Shown piece after piece: positions 50,729-60,734 of a stretch of 64,000 nt of DNA (within the stretch, counting starts at the first letter, position 1; each line of letters starts with the position of its first letter). Source of the DNA: an uncultured cyanobacterium (GTDB lineage Bacteria; Cyanobacteriota; Cyanobacteriia; Cyanobacteriales; Nostocaceae); assembly GCA_963706595.1 (NCBI GenBank), contig OY970166.1:3072001-3136000 (forward strand), read 5' to 3'. A program made the position numbers and the translations under genes. Below the pieces are notes generated by a model. It was not told the DNA's origin and searched no databases. It saw only the letters and a program-made list of their open reading frames with translations.

Positions 50729-51834
50729 AATGAGATATCGCCACAAATCAAAGCATTTATCAAATCTCCTGGAATAGATATATCACTAAGCGGTCTAATT
50801 AAAGTAGGCTCTAAGTGACTTTTTCGATCAAGTACAAAGGTATTTTCATTAGAAAACTTGCGGATAGCTTCAGGGTTATGAGAAGTTGCTAAAATTTGTC
50901 CACTGTTCTTAAATGAGCGTCGCAGTGATGTAATGAAATGTCCAACCTCTGAGATAGAAAGATAGTTATCCGGCTCATCCCAAAAGCAAAAAAGTGGCCC
51001 ATAGAACTTATTAGCTGCTAACACCACCGCGCAGAGAAAAAAGCATTTCTCCCCATCGGATAAGTCTTCAAAGTTCACACTGAGATTTGCATGGTTTTCT
51101 TCAAATCGAACAACCAAGCTTTTGAAGTCTTTACCAATAAGTTCATTGAGAAAATCTTGAAAATCTGGCATAATTTCTCGCAGATATTTGTCAACCTCTC
51201 TGTAAGCAGCAGGATATCTACCAAGTAACCCAGAAAACCACTCGCCAATATTTGAACCATCTCGTTTTGGTTCTAAAGTTTCGCCGTAGGAATCTCCAGT
51301 CATTAAGCTGGGAATTGGTGCTAAAATAATGATCTGAGCCAGCCAAGTCTTGAAAGTGCGAAGCGGATCAGTTTCAGATTGCTCCTGAATCAGTGGAAGG
51401 GCTACCAAATGCCAATCGACTAAAAATTGAGCTTCCCGATTTTGGAAGGTAGAATAAAGATTAACTTGGGCTTGTTTTCGAGAGTAAAGGATATTGTTAT
51501 CAACTAATAATTGCTCTTCAAAAACTCGCAGTTCTTTAAACTTTTCTGGTAGCTCTAAAGCCAGGACATATTTATATAATTTCTCTTCTAATAATACTTC
51601 TATTTCTAACCGAATAGGAACATCAGACCGCCCACGAGCAAAATCTTTAGACTGCACAAGTTGTCCAACTCTATTGATACCTCTACCGATAGATTGAAAT
51701 ACCTCTAACGCGGAGGAAATAGTAGATTTACCAGCACCATTTTTGCCAATCAAGAGAGCAGATGACATCTCTTTCATGGTAAATTTAAAGTCTTCTAGAC
51801 ATCGATAGTTGTGTACATATAGTCTTTGCAGCAT
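50725..51834 (-). CDS. ABC-type ATPase (AAA_21/AbiEii-like)
   Basis: VHNYRCL, GKNGAGKS, LSDGEK, FWDEPDNYL, LATSH; no TM domain. Confidence 0.88.
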   Translation of the reverse strand: MLQRLYVHNYRCLEDFKFTMKEMSSALLIGKNGAGKSTISSALEVFQSIGRGINRVGQLVQSKDFARGRSDVPIRLEIEVLLEEKLYKYVLALELPEKFKELRVFEEQLLVDNNILYSRKQAQVNLYSTFQNREAQFLVDWHLVALPLIQEQSETDPLRTFKTWLAQIIILAPIPSLMTGDSYGETLEPKRDGSNIGEWFSGLLGRYPAAYREVDKYLREIMPDFQDFLNELIGKDFKSLVVRFEENHANLSVNFEDLSDGEKCFFLCAVVLAANKFYGPLFCFWDEPDNYLSISEVGHFITSLRRSFKNSGQILATSHNPEAIRKFSNENTFVLDRKSHLEPTLIRPLSDISIPGDLINALICGDISL

Positions 51835-51997
51835 AATAGAAATATTCCCCTCAGTGGGAAGTGAATAAATTTTTCATAGGATATACCTATTATAAGTTCC
51901 AACAGGCGATTTATTAGAGAGAACCCCGCCAGTGTTTCGGCTATTTATCATCACTACTGCTGCAAAGATTGATTTTCAGATAGAGAGAGTTCAAAAA

Positions 51998-54122
51998 CTA
52001 CCACATACCTTTCTGTATATCTGGTAATTTACCCTTATTTTTACCTTCACCAATAGGTCTATAAATAAACCCACTCTGACGAGAAACAGATTGATATTCA
52101 ATTATACCTGCAAATTCTAGCCAATCAATTAATCTAATAGAATTACTTCTGATAGTATTTCTAGTTCTAGGTTTATTAAAATGACATACTTCAACTAACA
52201 TTCCCTCAAATCTGCTTCTTTCCATACATTCACCTTTATTTTTTTTATTAAAAAACGTTTTAACAACAATGTGATCTATCAATATATTTGATAAGTAATC
52301 GGCTATTGTCAATGGTTCAGAACTTTGCAAAGATTCTGAAACTTTTATTAGTTGATCTCCGCAATTAATCAAAGAAAATCTTTTTAGATCACCTAATGGA
52401 TGTTCTATAGATTTTTTACGAGAAGAGTCAGAATTTACATTTACTTCAGAAGGAGGTAATTGGAAGGAATCATATTTTCTTTTTAATTCTTCTAAAGTAA
52501 TTTGCTGATTATTTTCTTGACTAATGAATGTAAAGATTTTCCATGCTAGTTTAACGGATGATGTTGGTAGATAATTTAAGACAACAGTATTAGGTTTTTC
52601 TGTCGAATATGATTGTGATTGGTTATTAGAATTTTTGGTCTGATGATTCGTATCACTAGATGCTTCTACAACCTTCTCCCATTGTATAAAATCAATATTT
52701 TTAAGTTCTAGTTTTCTGTGTAATAGATCAGGACATGAAGGAGCAATCATGAAGGCTAAATCAAGTGGTTTTCCACCATAATTAGATGATTTAAAGTTAG
52801 TATCTTCTAACCATTTGGTAAACTCCTTGAGATGACTACTCAAAAGTTCATAGTTTTTAGCCTCACCAAAAGCTCTAGCTACACACTCACCATTATGTAG
52901 TAATTCCACATAGCAGTCAAAAGCATGACCACCTATGAGAGTAGTGGTTGAAGCATCCTTGAGGGTATATGCAGACTTCCTTAGATAATTTTTCCATTTT
53001 TCCTCACATTGCGCTTTTACTAACTCACGTGCATTACCCTCAAAAACTTGATCAGGTGCTTCCTTAAAATATTTTTCATGTATTTCGAGTACCTGATGAT
53101 GCGTACTCCTTGCAAAAGGCACGTAGATTACCTGGATTTATTGTAATATTTTGGATTTCTTCCCACGCTTTAGCAAAATCTTTATATCCTTTGTAAGCGC
53201 CTTCTATCCGCTTGTCAATTTTTTCCCTAATCATTTGATACTCGCTAGTATAGTTGGAGAGAGAAATAACGGATGCTTTTACATGGCTTTCAAGGACAGA
53301 ATCCTCAGCAATAAAACTGTTTACATTGATTGAAGTTCCTCCTAAATAAATCAGTAAACGTATTTTAGTTTTTTCTTGCCCTTTTTTAAGCAATGCCCTA
53401 AATAGGGACCTAGTATTTTGAATATGATCAGGATATTTTTCTAAGGCATCTAATTCATCGATAAGGTATACAAAAGTAAAAAGCGGTGCTAATTTTGAAA
53501 CTTCCGAAATAATATTAAAGAAAATATCTTCAAAACACAATTTACGGTCATGGAAATTTTCCAAAAAATTATTAATAAAATTCTGTTCAGACTCGGTTAA
53601 TATAAGACTATTCTTTATATCCTCCTTACATAGTTCACCTAGAAGTTTTAGTCCTACCTCTTTTACTTCCGAGGATAAGTTTGTATTGTGTACTAATTTC
53701 CAAAAAGTTTGAGCTAGTATATAGCAGTATAATTTAACACTGAAATTCTGATTTCCACCAGATGTTAATAATTTAGATAGTTCAAAGTTCACTACTATAG
53801 AACTTTCTCCGTAAGTTGGTTTAATTTTAATTAATTCACATAAATATTTTAGTAAAGAAGTTTTACCAGTACCAAGTAAAGCTTCTACAAATCTAAAAGT
53901 AAAATAGCCTTCTTCAAAACAATGTTTTAGATCATCATCAATCAACTCACTGAGGTTAGATATCCCTCTTCCAGATAAACTGTTTGCTGTAGAAACTTTA
54001 CAATCTGTACTAGGAGGTCTAATAACACGCTCAATCCAAATATCTCCAATATAACCTTCTCCACCTTTTACTTGCTGAAGAAAGTCTTTAATATATTTTT
54101 TCTTTCCTGCATCTTCTGTCAT
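51998..54122 (-). CDS. P-loop ATPase fused to a PD-(D/E)XK nuclease-like and putative winged-helix domains (apparent +1 frameshift near 53092)
   Basis: ALLGTGKT Walker A, YLIDELD Walker B, GNLRAF; then FD...FGEAK; removing one base gives ...KEYASSVLEIHEKYF..., about 707 aa. Confidence 0.65.
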
Positions 54123-54289
54123 TTTCTACTCTACCCACTGAATTAACTCTTCATTTTTTTCAATAACAGCAAATACAACTCTATCGGATTTGAGTTTATT
54201 GAAATACTTGTCTAATAATGATTGATAAATTGGATTATCTTCTCTAAATTTTTGACATTCATTTCTGAATTCAGCAACGCCATTAATCT

Positions 54290-55087
54290 CTATACTGTTG
54301 ACTTTTCACTTTGTAGTAAAATCACCTTCCTTACCACCAAACCCAACTCAAAAAAAAACTTATCTTCATAACCAATTATTTCTCCCATCGCCACAACAGG
54401 AAGATGGGCTACGGGTGCTTTTATATCAAAGGTAATATCTCTGTAGGACAACCACCTTCCTCCTTTTCTCCATCCTACTTTTTCCTCAAAGGCTTCCCAA
54501 ATTATCTGCTTGTCCTCTTTCGTTCCCCCCAAACTTTGATAAATCCGCGTCTGTACAGAAAACCCAAACCGGCCATGACTATATTTGATCCATAACTGGT
54601 CAATTGTGCGGAGGTCTTCAGGCGGAAAGTTCTCAATATTTCCTTCAGCGAAATGACCTTGTAGTTCCTGTTTCGCCACCCCTATCATTACCCGCCATGT
54701 TTCTTCATCCGCTTCTTTCCATTTCCCCGCAGCAAGTAAGTCACGCAGGTGATTATAGTCCATCCCTACGGCTGAACTTAATGGTGCTGCATCGAATATT
54801 CTTAACGCCTCTTTAACCTTCGCTTCTGTGCGAGACTTCAACAACGCATAAGCGGCATTTTGGACTTCTAGTGATTGATCATTTAAAGCTTGAATGACTA
54901 AATCTAAACCCGTTTCCCCATAATTCAAAACTTGTGGAAGTACGGCAATTCTTACCTTTGGGTTGGGGTTACTCAACCGTAATTTTACCCCTTGAATACC
55001 ACCCAAAACTGCTGCACTCTCTGGGGCTTGATTTTGACGACCAAGCACAGCATCGTATTCTCCCGGTTGTTGCGGATTATTTGCCAT
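54290..55087 (-). CDS. GUN4-domain protein with N-terminal HEAT-like segment
   Basis: QPGEYDAVLG, L.DLLAAGKWKEADEET, DL.TIDQLW.KYS.GRFGFSVQ, P.AHLP. Confidence 0.88.
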   Translation of the reverse strand: MANNPQQPGEYDAVLGRQNQAPESAAVLGGIQGVKLRLSNPNPKVRIAVLPQVLNYGETGLDLVIQALNDQSLEVQNAAYALLKSRTEAKVKEALRIFDAAPLSSAVGMDYNHLRDLLAAGKWKEADEETWRVMIGVAKQELQGHFAEGNIENFPPEDLRTIDQLWIKYSHGRFGFSVQTRIYQSLGGTKEDKQIIWEAFEEKVGWRKGGRWLSYRDITFDIKAPVAHLPVVAMGEIIGYEDKFFFELGLVVRKVILLQSEKSTV

Positions 55088-55258
55088 TGGTCAACACTTG
55101 GGTTTTATGTATCGCTTGAAAGATTATACATGGTTTCTCTGGGTAAATGAGGCTTTTGAGGTGGCAGGCGATCGCAACATCAACACCCCACCCCTAGCCC
55201 CTCCCCGCAAGCGAGGAGGGGAACTGGATTTCCACTTTTCGACTTTCGCCTTGCGGTA

Positions 55259-56230
55259 CTAGCCTTTACCATAAGCACTCATCGGTTCCTTGAGAAACTT
55301 AATATAAAGGTGTTTAAACGTAGACTTAATCACACGCGGCATGGCAAAATCAATTGGGATTAATTTATCTGGTAGTTGCCAATCTTCTATTTTGAGTAAA
55401 TCAGGATGTAAATGGGGAAATTCTATCTCAGCTAATTCTGGACAAACACCCAACCTTTGAGACGCTGCAACTGTGGGAACTTGTTCGGGTGGGACATTGA
55501 GAATTTCTACTACTGCCCTATCTAAAGCAAATACATCGGCTGCGGCTGCTAAAATTCCTAAATTACGAGGTTCTCCACCACTCGGTCCATTACCTTCATG
55601 ACCGATAATGCCATCTAAAATAGTTAAATTGGGATTAATTGCTCTGGCAGTTTCTACTAACATTTCACCAAATCGGTTAGCATCTTTCCCTGCTTCCATG
55701 TGCCACCAAGCTTTCATTTTACCAGGAACACAACCAAAGAGATTTTTTACTCCCATCGTTAATGTCAACTGCATATGTGATTTGACTTTGGGTAAGTTAA
55801 TCACTACATCTGCTTCCATCGCTTCTTTGCATAGTCGCAGGTGATTAAAGTCTTCGTTGACTGTTTGGTAACGCTTACCGTGAAACTCAATGATAGGTAT
55901 ATGCAATTCTTCTAAAAGCGGGAGATAGCCGTTGGCTTCTGCTACTCCTTTGGCGCTACCAAAGGCGGGACTATCGCCTAAAAATGGCTTACCACCAGCT
56001 GCTATGACCATCTGGGCGACTTCATAAACCAGTTCTCGGCGAGTTGTACACTCTTTTGTAGGGCGGGAACCTGTGAGGAGATTGGGTTTGAGTAATACTC
56101 TATTTCCTGGTTTGACAAAGGCAGACATCCCCCCCAAAGGTTCTAGCAGGGTGACTAATGATGCCCGTAAAGCCTCGCTTTCGTAGGAGGTAGCCCGAAT
56201 TAGACTGACTGATGGTTTTTGTGTCTGCAT
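55259..56230 (-). CDS. DUF362 domain protein
   Basis: VLLKPNLL, GDSP, INLPKVKSH, KNLFGC, EGNGP. Confidence 0.85.
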   Translation of the reverse strand: MQTQKPSVSLIRATSYESEALRASLVTLLEPLGGMSAFVKPGNRVLLKPNLLTGSRPTKECTTRRELVYEVAQMVIAAGGKPFLGDSPAFGSAKGVAEANGYLPLLEELHIPIIEFHGKRYQTVNEDFNHLRLCKEAMEADVVINLPKVKSHMQLTLTMGVKNLFGCVPGKMKAWWHMEAGKDANRFGEMLVETARAINPNLTILDGIIGHEGNGPSGGEPRNLGILAAAADVFALDRAVVEILNVPPEQVPTVAASQRLGVCPELAEIEFPHLHPDLLKIEDWQLPDKLIPIDFAMPRVIKSTFKHLYIKFLKEPMSAYGKG

Positions 56231-56335
56231 GGATAATATATGACATTAATATATGTTTAATTATATGAATAAATTTATCATCTGACATGAAACCTCACCC
56301 CCAACCCCTCTCCTTATAAAGGAGAGGGGAGAATG

Positions 56336-57745
56336 TCAATTTAGAGGAACAATGGCGCTCATTTGTTCTAAGTTGAGGACGGTTGCTAATTCTGCTTCAC
56401 TCATTAATCCTCGTTCTAATACTATTTGTCTGAGAGATTTACCAGTTTCTAAGGATTCTTTGGCTACAGCAGCAGCGTTTAAATATCCGATGTGGGTGTT
56501 CAGTGCGGTGACTAATGCTAAACTACCTTCGGCGTAAGCTAAACAACGTTCTTTATCGGCGGTAATTCCTTCAATACAGCGTTCGGTGAGGGCGGCGATG
56601 GTGTTACCGAGTATTTCAATGCTGTGAATCAAATTATAGCCAATTAGCGGCATCATCACGTTTAATTCTAATTGTCCGGCTTGGGCTGCTAAGGCGATCG
56701 CACTATCATATCCCATTACCTGAAAGCATACCATTGATGTCATCTCTGCCATAACTGGGTTATATTTACCCGGCATAATTGAGGAACCAGGTTGCACTGG
56801 GGGTAGTTGAATTTCTTTCAAACCAGTTTTGGGGCCTGAGTCCATTAACCGCAAATCATGGGAAATTTTGACTAAATCCTGTGCTAAGTTGCGTAAAGCC
56901 CCGGAAACGTTGACAAAAGGAGCCATACTTTGCATTGCGGCCATTAAATGGGGTGCGGGTTCTAAGGGCGATTCTAGAAATTGGGCAATAACTTCCACCA
57001 CACGGGCGCGATACTGGGGATGTGTATTCATTCCTGTACCAGCAGCGCTACCACCTAAACCCAAGGCCATTAAATCCCCAGAGGCTGTATAGATGCGGTT
57101 TTGGTGTTCTGATAATATCTGCGCCCAAGCCCGGAAGTTCTCACCTAAACGCACAGGTACAGCATCTTGTAAGTGGGTTCTGCCAGATTTGACGATATCT
57201 TGAAATTCTACAGCTTTGTTTTCTAAAGATGCGATCGCCTTTTCTAAAGCTGGCTGTAATGTGTGGGTAAGTGCTAATAAGCCACCAACGCGAATAGCTG
57301 TGGGAATCACATCATTGGTAGACTGTCCGTAGTTTACATGGTCATTAGGGCTAACCCGTTTGTAATTACCCTTTTCATCGCCAAGAATTTCTAAGGCGCG
57401 ATTTGCCAAAACCTCATTAACATTCATGTGGTGAGAAGTTCCCGCACCCGCTTGATAGACATCAACCACAAACTGATCTCGTAAATTTCCCGCCAGTATT
57501 TCATTAGCAGCTTGGATAATTGCTTCACTGATATCCTGGGGAATACAACCTAATTCGCCGTTAACAGTGGCGGTAGCTTTTTTAATAATCAGACAGGCAT
57601 CTACGTAAGTAGGTAAGGGCTTAATGCCGCTAATTTGGAAGTTTTCTACTGCCCGTAGTGTTTGAATGCCGTAATAAGCGCTACCGGGAATTTGGCGATC
57701 GCCCATCGAATCGCGTTCAATCCGAAAATCTGTATTTTCAGTCAT
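56336..57745 (-). CDS. aspA: Aspartate ammonia-lyase (fumarase/aspartase family)
   Basis: YYGIQTLRAVENF, QAGAGTS..MN.NEV, GRTHLQDA, GSSIMPGK.NP. Confidence 0.8.
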   Translation of the reverse strand: MTENTDFRIERDSMGDRQIPGSAYYGIQTLRAVENFQISGIKPLPTYVDACLIIKKATATVNGELGCIPQDISEAIIQAANEILAGNLRDQFVVDVYQAGAGTSHHMNVNEVLANRALEILGDEKGNYKRVSPNDHVNYGQSTNDVIPTAIRVGGLLALTHTLQPALEKAIASLENKAVEFQDIVKSGRTHLQDAVPVRLGENFRAWAQILSEHQNRIYTASGDLMALGLGGSAAGTGMNTHPQYRARVVEVIAQFLESPLEPAPHLMAAMQSMAPFVNVSGALRNLAQDLVKISHDLRLMDSGPKTGLKEIQLPPVQPGSSIMPGKYNPVMAEMTSMVCFQVMGYDSAIALAAQAGQLELNVMMPLIGYNLIHSIEILGNTIAALTERCIEGITADKERCLAYAEGSLALVTALNTHIGYLNAAAVAKESLETGKSLRQIVLERGLMSEAELATVLNLEQMSAIVPLN

Positions 57746-57902
57746 AGTCTTGTGTGGATAATCTCAAAATACAGATCATGCCATGCAAATACACTAAAAA
57801 CTCAATTTAGTGATATTTTGTTTCTCATCATAGACACGCAGCAGATAATCAAACAAGTTTATTTAAGCTAAACTTGGTGTTAAATAGCATCAGGAAAATA
57901 TT

Positions 57903-58466
57903 ATGATAAAAACACCAACTCGCCAGATAAGTTTAGAGGAATTTTTAGAATTACCAGAAACCGAACCAGCCAGTGAATATATCAACGGCGAAATCATTCA
58001 AAAACCCATGCCTCAAGGTAAACATAGTAGATTACAGCTTCACTCAGCTAATGTAATTAATCATGTGGTAGAACCGCAAAAAATCGCTTTAGCTTTTCCA
58101 GAATTGCGCTGTACATTTGGCGAACGTTCTATTGTTCCAGATGTAGCGGTATTTGCATGGGAGAGAATTCCTGTAGATGAAACAGGTAATATTGCCAATG
58201 TGTTTAATACCTATCCAGATTGGACAATTGAAATTCTATCTCCGCAACAAAGTACAATCAAAGTTACTAGAAATATTTTACATTGTTTAAATCATGGTAC
58301 TAGGTTAGGTTGGTTAATTGACCCAGAAGAATATAATGTTTTAGTTTATCCCCATAACCAGCAACCAATATTTTTAGAAAACGAACAAGATATATTACCA
58401 GTCCCCGAATTAGTCGGTGATTTACAGTTGACATTAGGGCAATTATTTGATTGTTTAAAATTATGA
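57903..58466 (+). CDS. Uma2 family endonuclease
   Basis: EYINGEI..KPMP..KH, VPDV, PDW.IEILSP, WLIDP. Confidence 0.9.
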   Translation: MIKTPTRQISLEEFLELPETEPASEYINGEIIQKPMPQGKHSRLQLHSANVINHVVEPQKIALAFPELRCTFGERSIVPDVAVFAWERIPVDETGNIANVFNTYPDWTIEILSPQQSTIKVTRNILHCLNHGTRLGWLIDPEEYNVLVYPHNQQPIFLENEQDILPVPELVGDLQLTLGQLFDCLKL

Positions 58467-58981
58467 ATTTACCCAACGCGATTACTTTTTCTCGACTGCT
58501 GGGAATACCGTTTTTACTTTATGGTTTATATAATCCCACACCCGAAGCTAGATGGATATGTTTAACAATATTTTTAGTCGCAGCTTTAACTGACTGGTTG
58601 GATGGCTATTTGGCGCGAAAACTCAACCAAATTACTGATTTGGGTAAATTTCTCGACCCTCTTGTGGATAAGTTGTTGGTGCTTGCACCGTTGTTGGTGT
58701 TGGTGGAATTAGGGAAAATTCCGGCTTGGGGCGTGTTTGTGATTTTAGCACGGGAGTTAGCGATCGCAGGCTGGCGCGTAAATCAAACTACTATCACAGG
58801 GGCGAATATTTGGGGTAAACTGAAAACAGTTAGTCAGATTATAGCCATATCGCTGTTAATTGCACCTTTATCTCTAGCTTGGCAAATCCCTACATTAACT
58901 GCTTTTTGGTTATCTGTGGCTTTTACGGTTATATCTGGTGTAATTTATCTCATACCACCCAAAAAGCAAGAAAATGTGTAA
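58463..58981 (+). CDS. pgsA: CDP-diacylglycerol--glycerol-3-phosphate 3-phosphatidyltransferase
   Basis: NLPN.IT..R, TDWLDGYLAR, GKFLDPLVDK, GKLKT..Q. Confidence 0.9.
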   Translation: MNLPNAITFSRLLGIPFLLYGLYNPTPEARWICLTIFLVAALTDWLDGYLARKLNQITDLGKFLDPLVDKLLVLAPLLVLVELGKIPAWGVFVILARELAIAGWRVNQTTITGANIWGKLKTVSQIIAISLLIAPLSLAWQIPTLTAFWLSVAFTVISGVIYLIPPKKQENV

Positions 58982-58982
58982 T

Positions 58983-59489
58983 ATGAAACAACCCATTACA
59001 CAGCAACTATACGAGCAAGATTTTTGCTTATGGTTGGAAAATACAGCGAAAAAGCTGCGTTCTAGAGAGTTTAGTGAAATTGAACTTGAGGCGCTGGTTG
59101 AGGAAATTGAAGCATTGGGACGTTCAGAAAAACAGGAACTAGAAAATCGCTTAGATGTTCTACTTGCTCACTTACTGAAGCGGATTTATATTGATAGTGC
59201 TTATGATAATCGGGGTTGGGAGTTAACAATACAAGAACAGCGTAAATGTTTACGGCGACTATTGAAAAAATCTCCGAGTTTGAAGGGTTACTTTGCTGAA
59301 GTTTTTAATGAAGTTTGGCAAGATGCTTTGTCACAGGTGCGGTTAGAATATCGGAAGGTCTTATTTCCTGATATGTGGGAGTTTAGTTGTGATGTGGATG
59401 TGCTTTTGTCTGCAACTTTTTGGGATGTGAGATACAAGAACCCCACCCCCAACCCCCTCCCCGCAAGCGAGGAGGGGACTATGACATAA
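58983..59489 (+). CDS. DUF29 family protein (C-terminus extended by a dispersed repeat)
   Basis: LYEQDF..W, EEIEALGRSE, LL.HLLK, W..TI.EQR, SPSLK. Confidence 0.88.
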   Translation: MKQPITQQLYEQDFCLWLENTAKKLRSREFSEIELEALVEEIEALGRSEKQELENRLDVLLAHLLKRIYIDSAYDNRGWELTIQEQRKCLRRLLKKSPSLKGYFAEVFNEVWQDALSQVRLEYRKVLFPDMWEFSCDVDVLLSATFWDVRYKNPTPNPLPASEEGTMT

Positions 59490-59513
59490 CTTATATGATT
59501 AGGAAATGCTAGA

Positions 59514-60584
59514 TTAAGTTTTTCTATTTTCGTAGTTTTGTTTTAACCAGGATTTATATTCTCCTGAGCGTACTTGATTAATCCAGGCTGAGTTATTTAG
59601 ATACCATTGCACAGTTTTCAATAAACCACTATCAAAGTTTTCTTGAGGTTGCCAGCCTAATTCATTACTAATTTTACTACAGTTAATTGCATATCTTCGA
59701 TCATGTCCCGGACGGTCTTTAACGAAGGTAATTAAGGAAGAATGGGAAAAATCAGGTTTAGGTGCTAATTCATCGAGAATTGCACAAATTTTTTCCACAA
59801 CTATCAAATTAGTTTTTTCGTTGATACCGCCAATATTATAAGTTTCGCCAACTTTTCCCTGTTGTAAAACTAGGTTAATCGCCTCGCAATGGTCGATAAC
59901 ATAAAGCCAATCTCTGATATTTTGACCATCACCATATATAGGTAATGGTTTATTTTCTATAGCATTGAGGATAGTTAAAGGAATCAGCTTTTCCGGAAAC
60001 TGACGCGGGCCATAATTGTTAGAGCAATTTGTTGTTAAAGTAGGGAATCCATAAGTGTGATAATATGCTCTTACAAAATGGTCAGATGCTGCTTTTGAGG
60101 CTGCATAAGGACTGTTGGGTGCATAGGGTGTATCTTCGCAAAAGGCTGGATCTTGGGGATGAAGGGAGCCATATACTTCATCTGTTGAAACGTGCAAAAA
60201 GCGGAATTCTGACTGTTTTGATGCTGATAGTTTTTGCCAATAAAATCGACTGGCTTCTAATAGCTTAAATGTACCGACTACATTAGTCTGGATAAAATCT
60301 TCAGGATTCAAAATAGAACGGTCAACATGACTTTCAGCCGCAAAATTGATAATTGCATCTGGCTGATATTTTTCTAATAAATAAGCGACTAACTCTAAGT
60401 TACCAATATCTCCTTGCACAAAATGATAATTTTTATCGCCTTGTAACTCAGATAACGTTCCTAAATTACTAGCATAAGTTAACTTATCCAAATTAATTAC
60501 ATTAGCCCATCCTGACTGTCTTGCTAGGAGGACAAAATTAGCCCCAATAAAACCCGCCCCACCTGTAACTAATACTGTTTGCAT
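59514..60584 (-). CDS. rfbB: dTDP-glucose 4,6-dehydratase
   Basis: GGAGFIG, AAESHVDRSI, STDEVYG, YAASK, DRPGHDRRYA. Confidence 0.95.
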   Translation of the reverse strand: MQTVLVTGGAGFIGANFVLLARQSGWANVINLDKLTYASNLGTLSELQGDKNYHFVQGDIGNLELVAYLLEKYQPDAIINFAAESHVDRSILNPEDFIQTNVVGTFKLLEASRFYWQKLSASKQSEFRFLHVSTDEVYGSLHPQDPAFCEDTPYAPNSPYAASKAASDHFVRAYYHTYGFPTLTTNCSNNYGPRQFPEKLIPLTILNAIENKPLPIYGDGQNIRDWLYVIDHCEAINLVLQQGKVGETYNIGGINEKTNLIVVEKICAILDELAPKPDFSHSSLITFVKDRPGHDRRYAINCSKISNELGWQPQENFDSGLLKTVQWYLNNSAWINQVRSGEYKSWLKQNYENRKT

Positions 60585-60734
60585 ATCTTCTCAAAAACTA
60601 AAAATTTTTTACTGAAAATAAATTCTAAATCAGCAACTAACTCTCCCTTTCCCCTCTTACCTCTGTGTCCTCTGCGTCCTCTGTGGTATGCGCTTCGCGC
60701 AAGCTATGCTAACGTTTATCTTCCAACAACCAAA

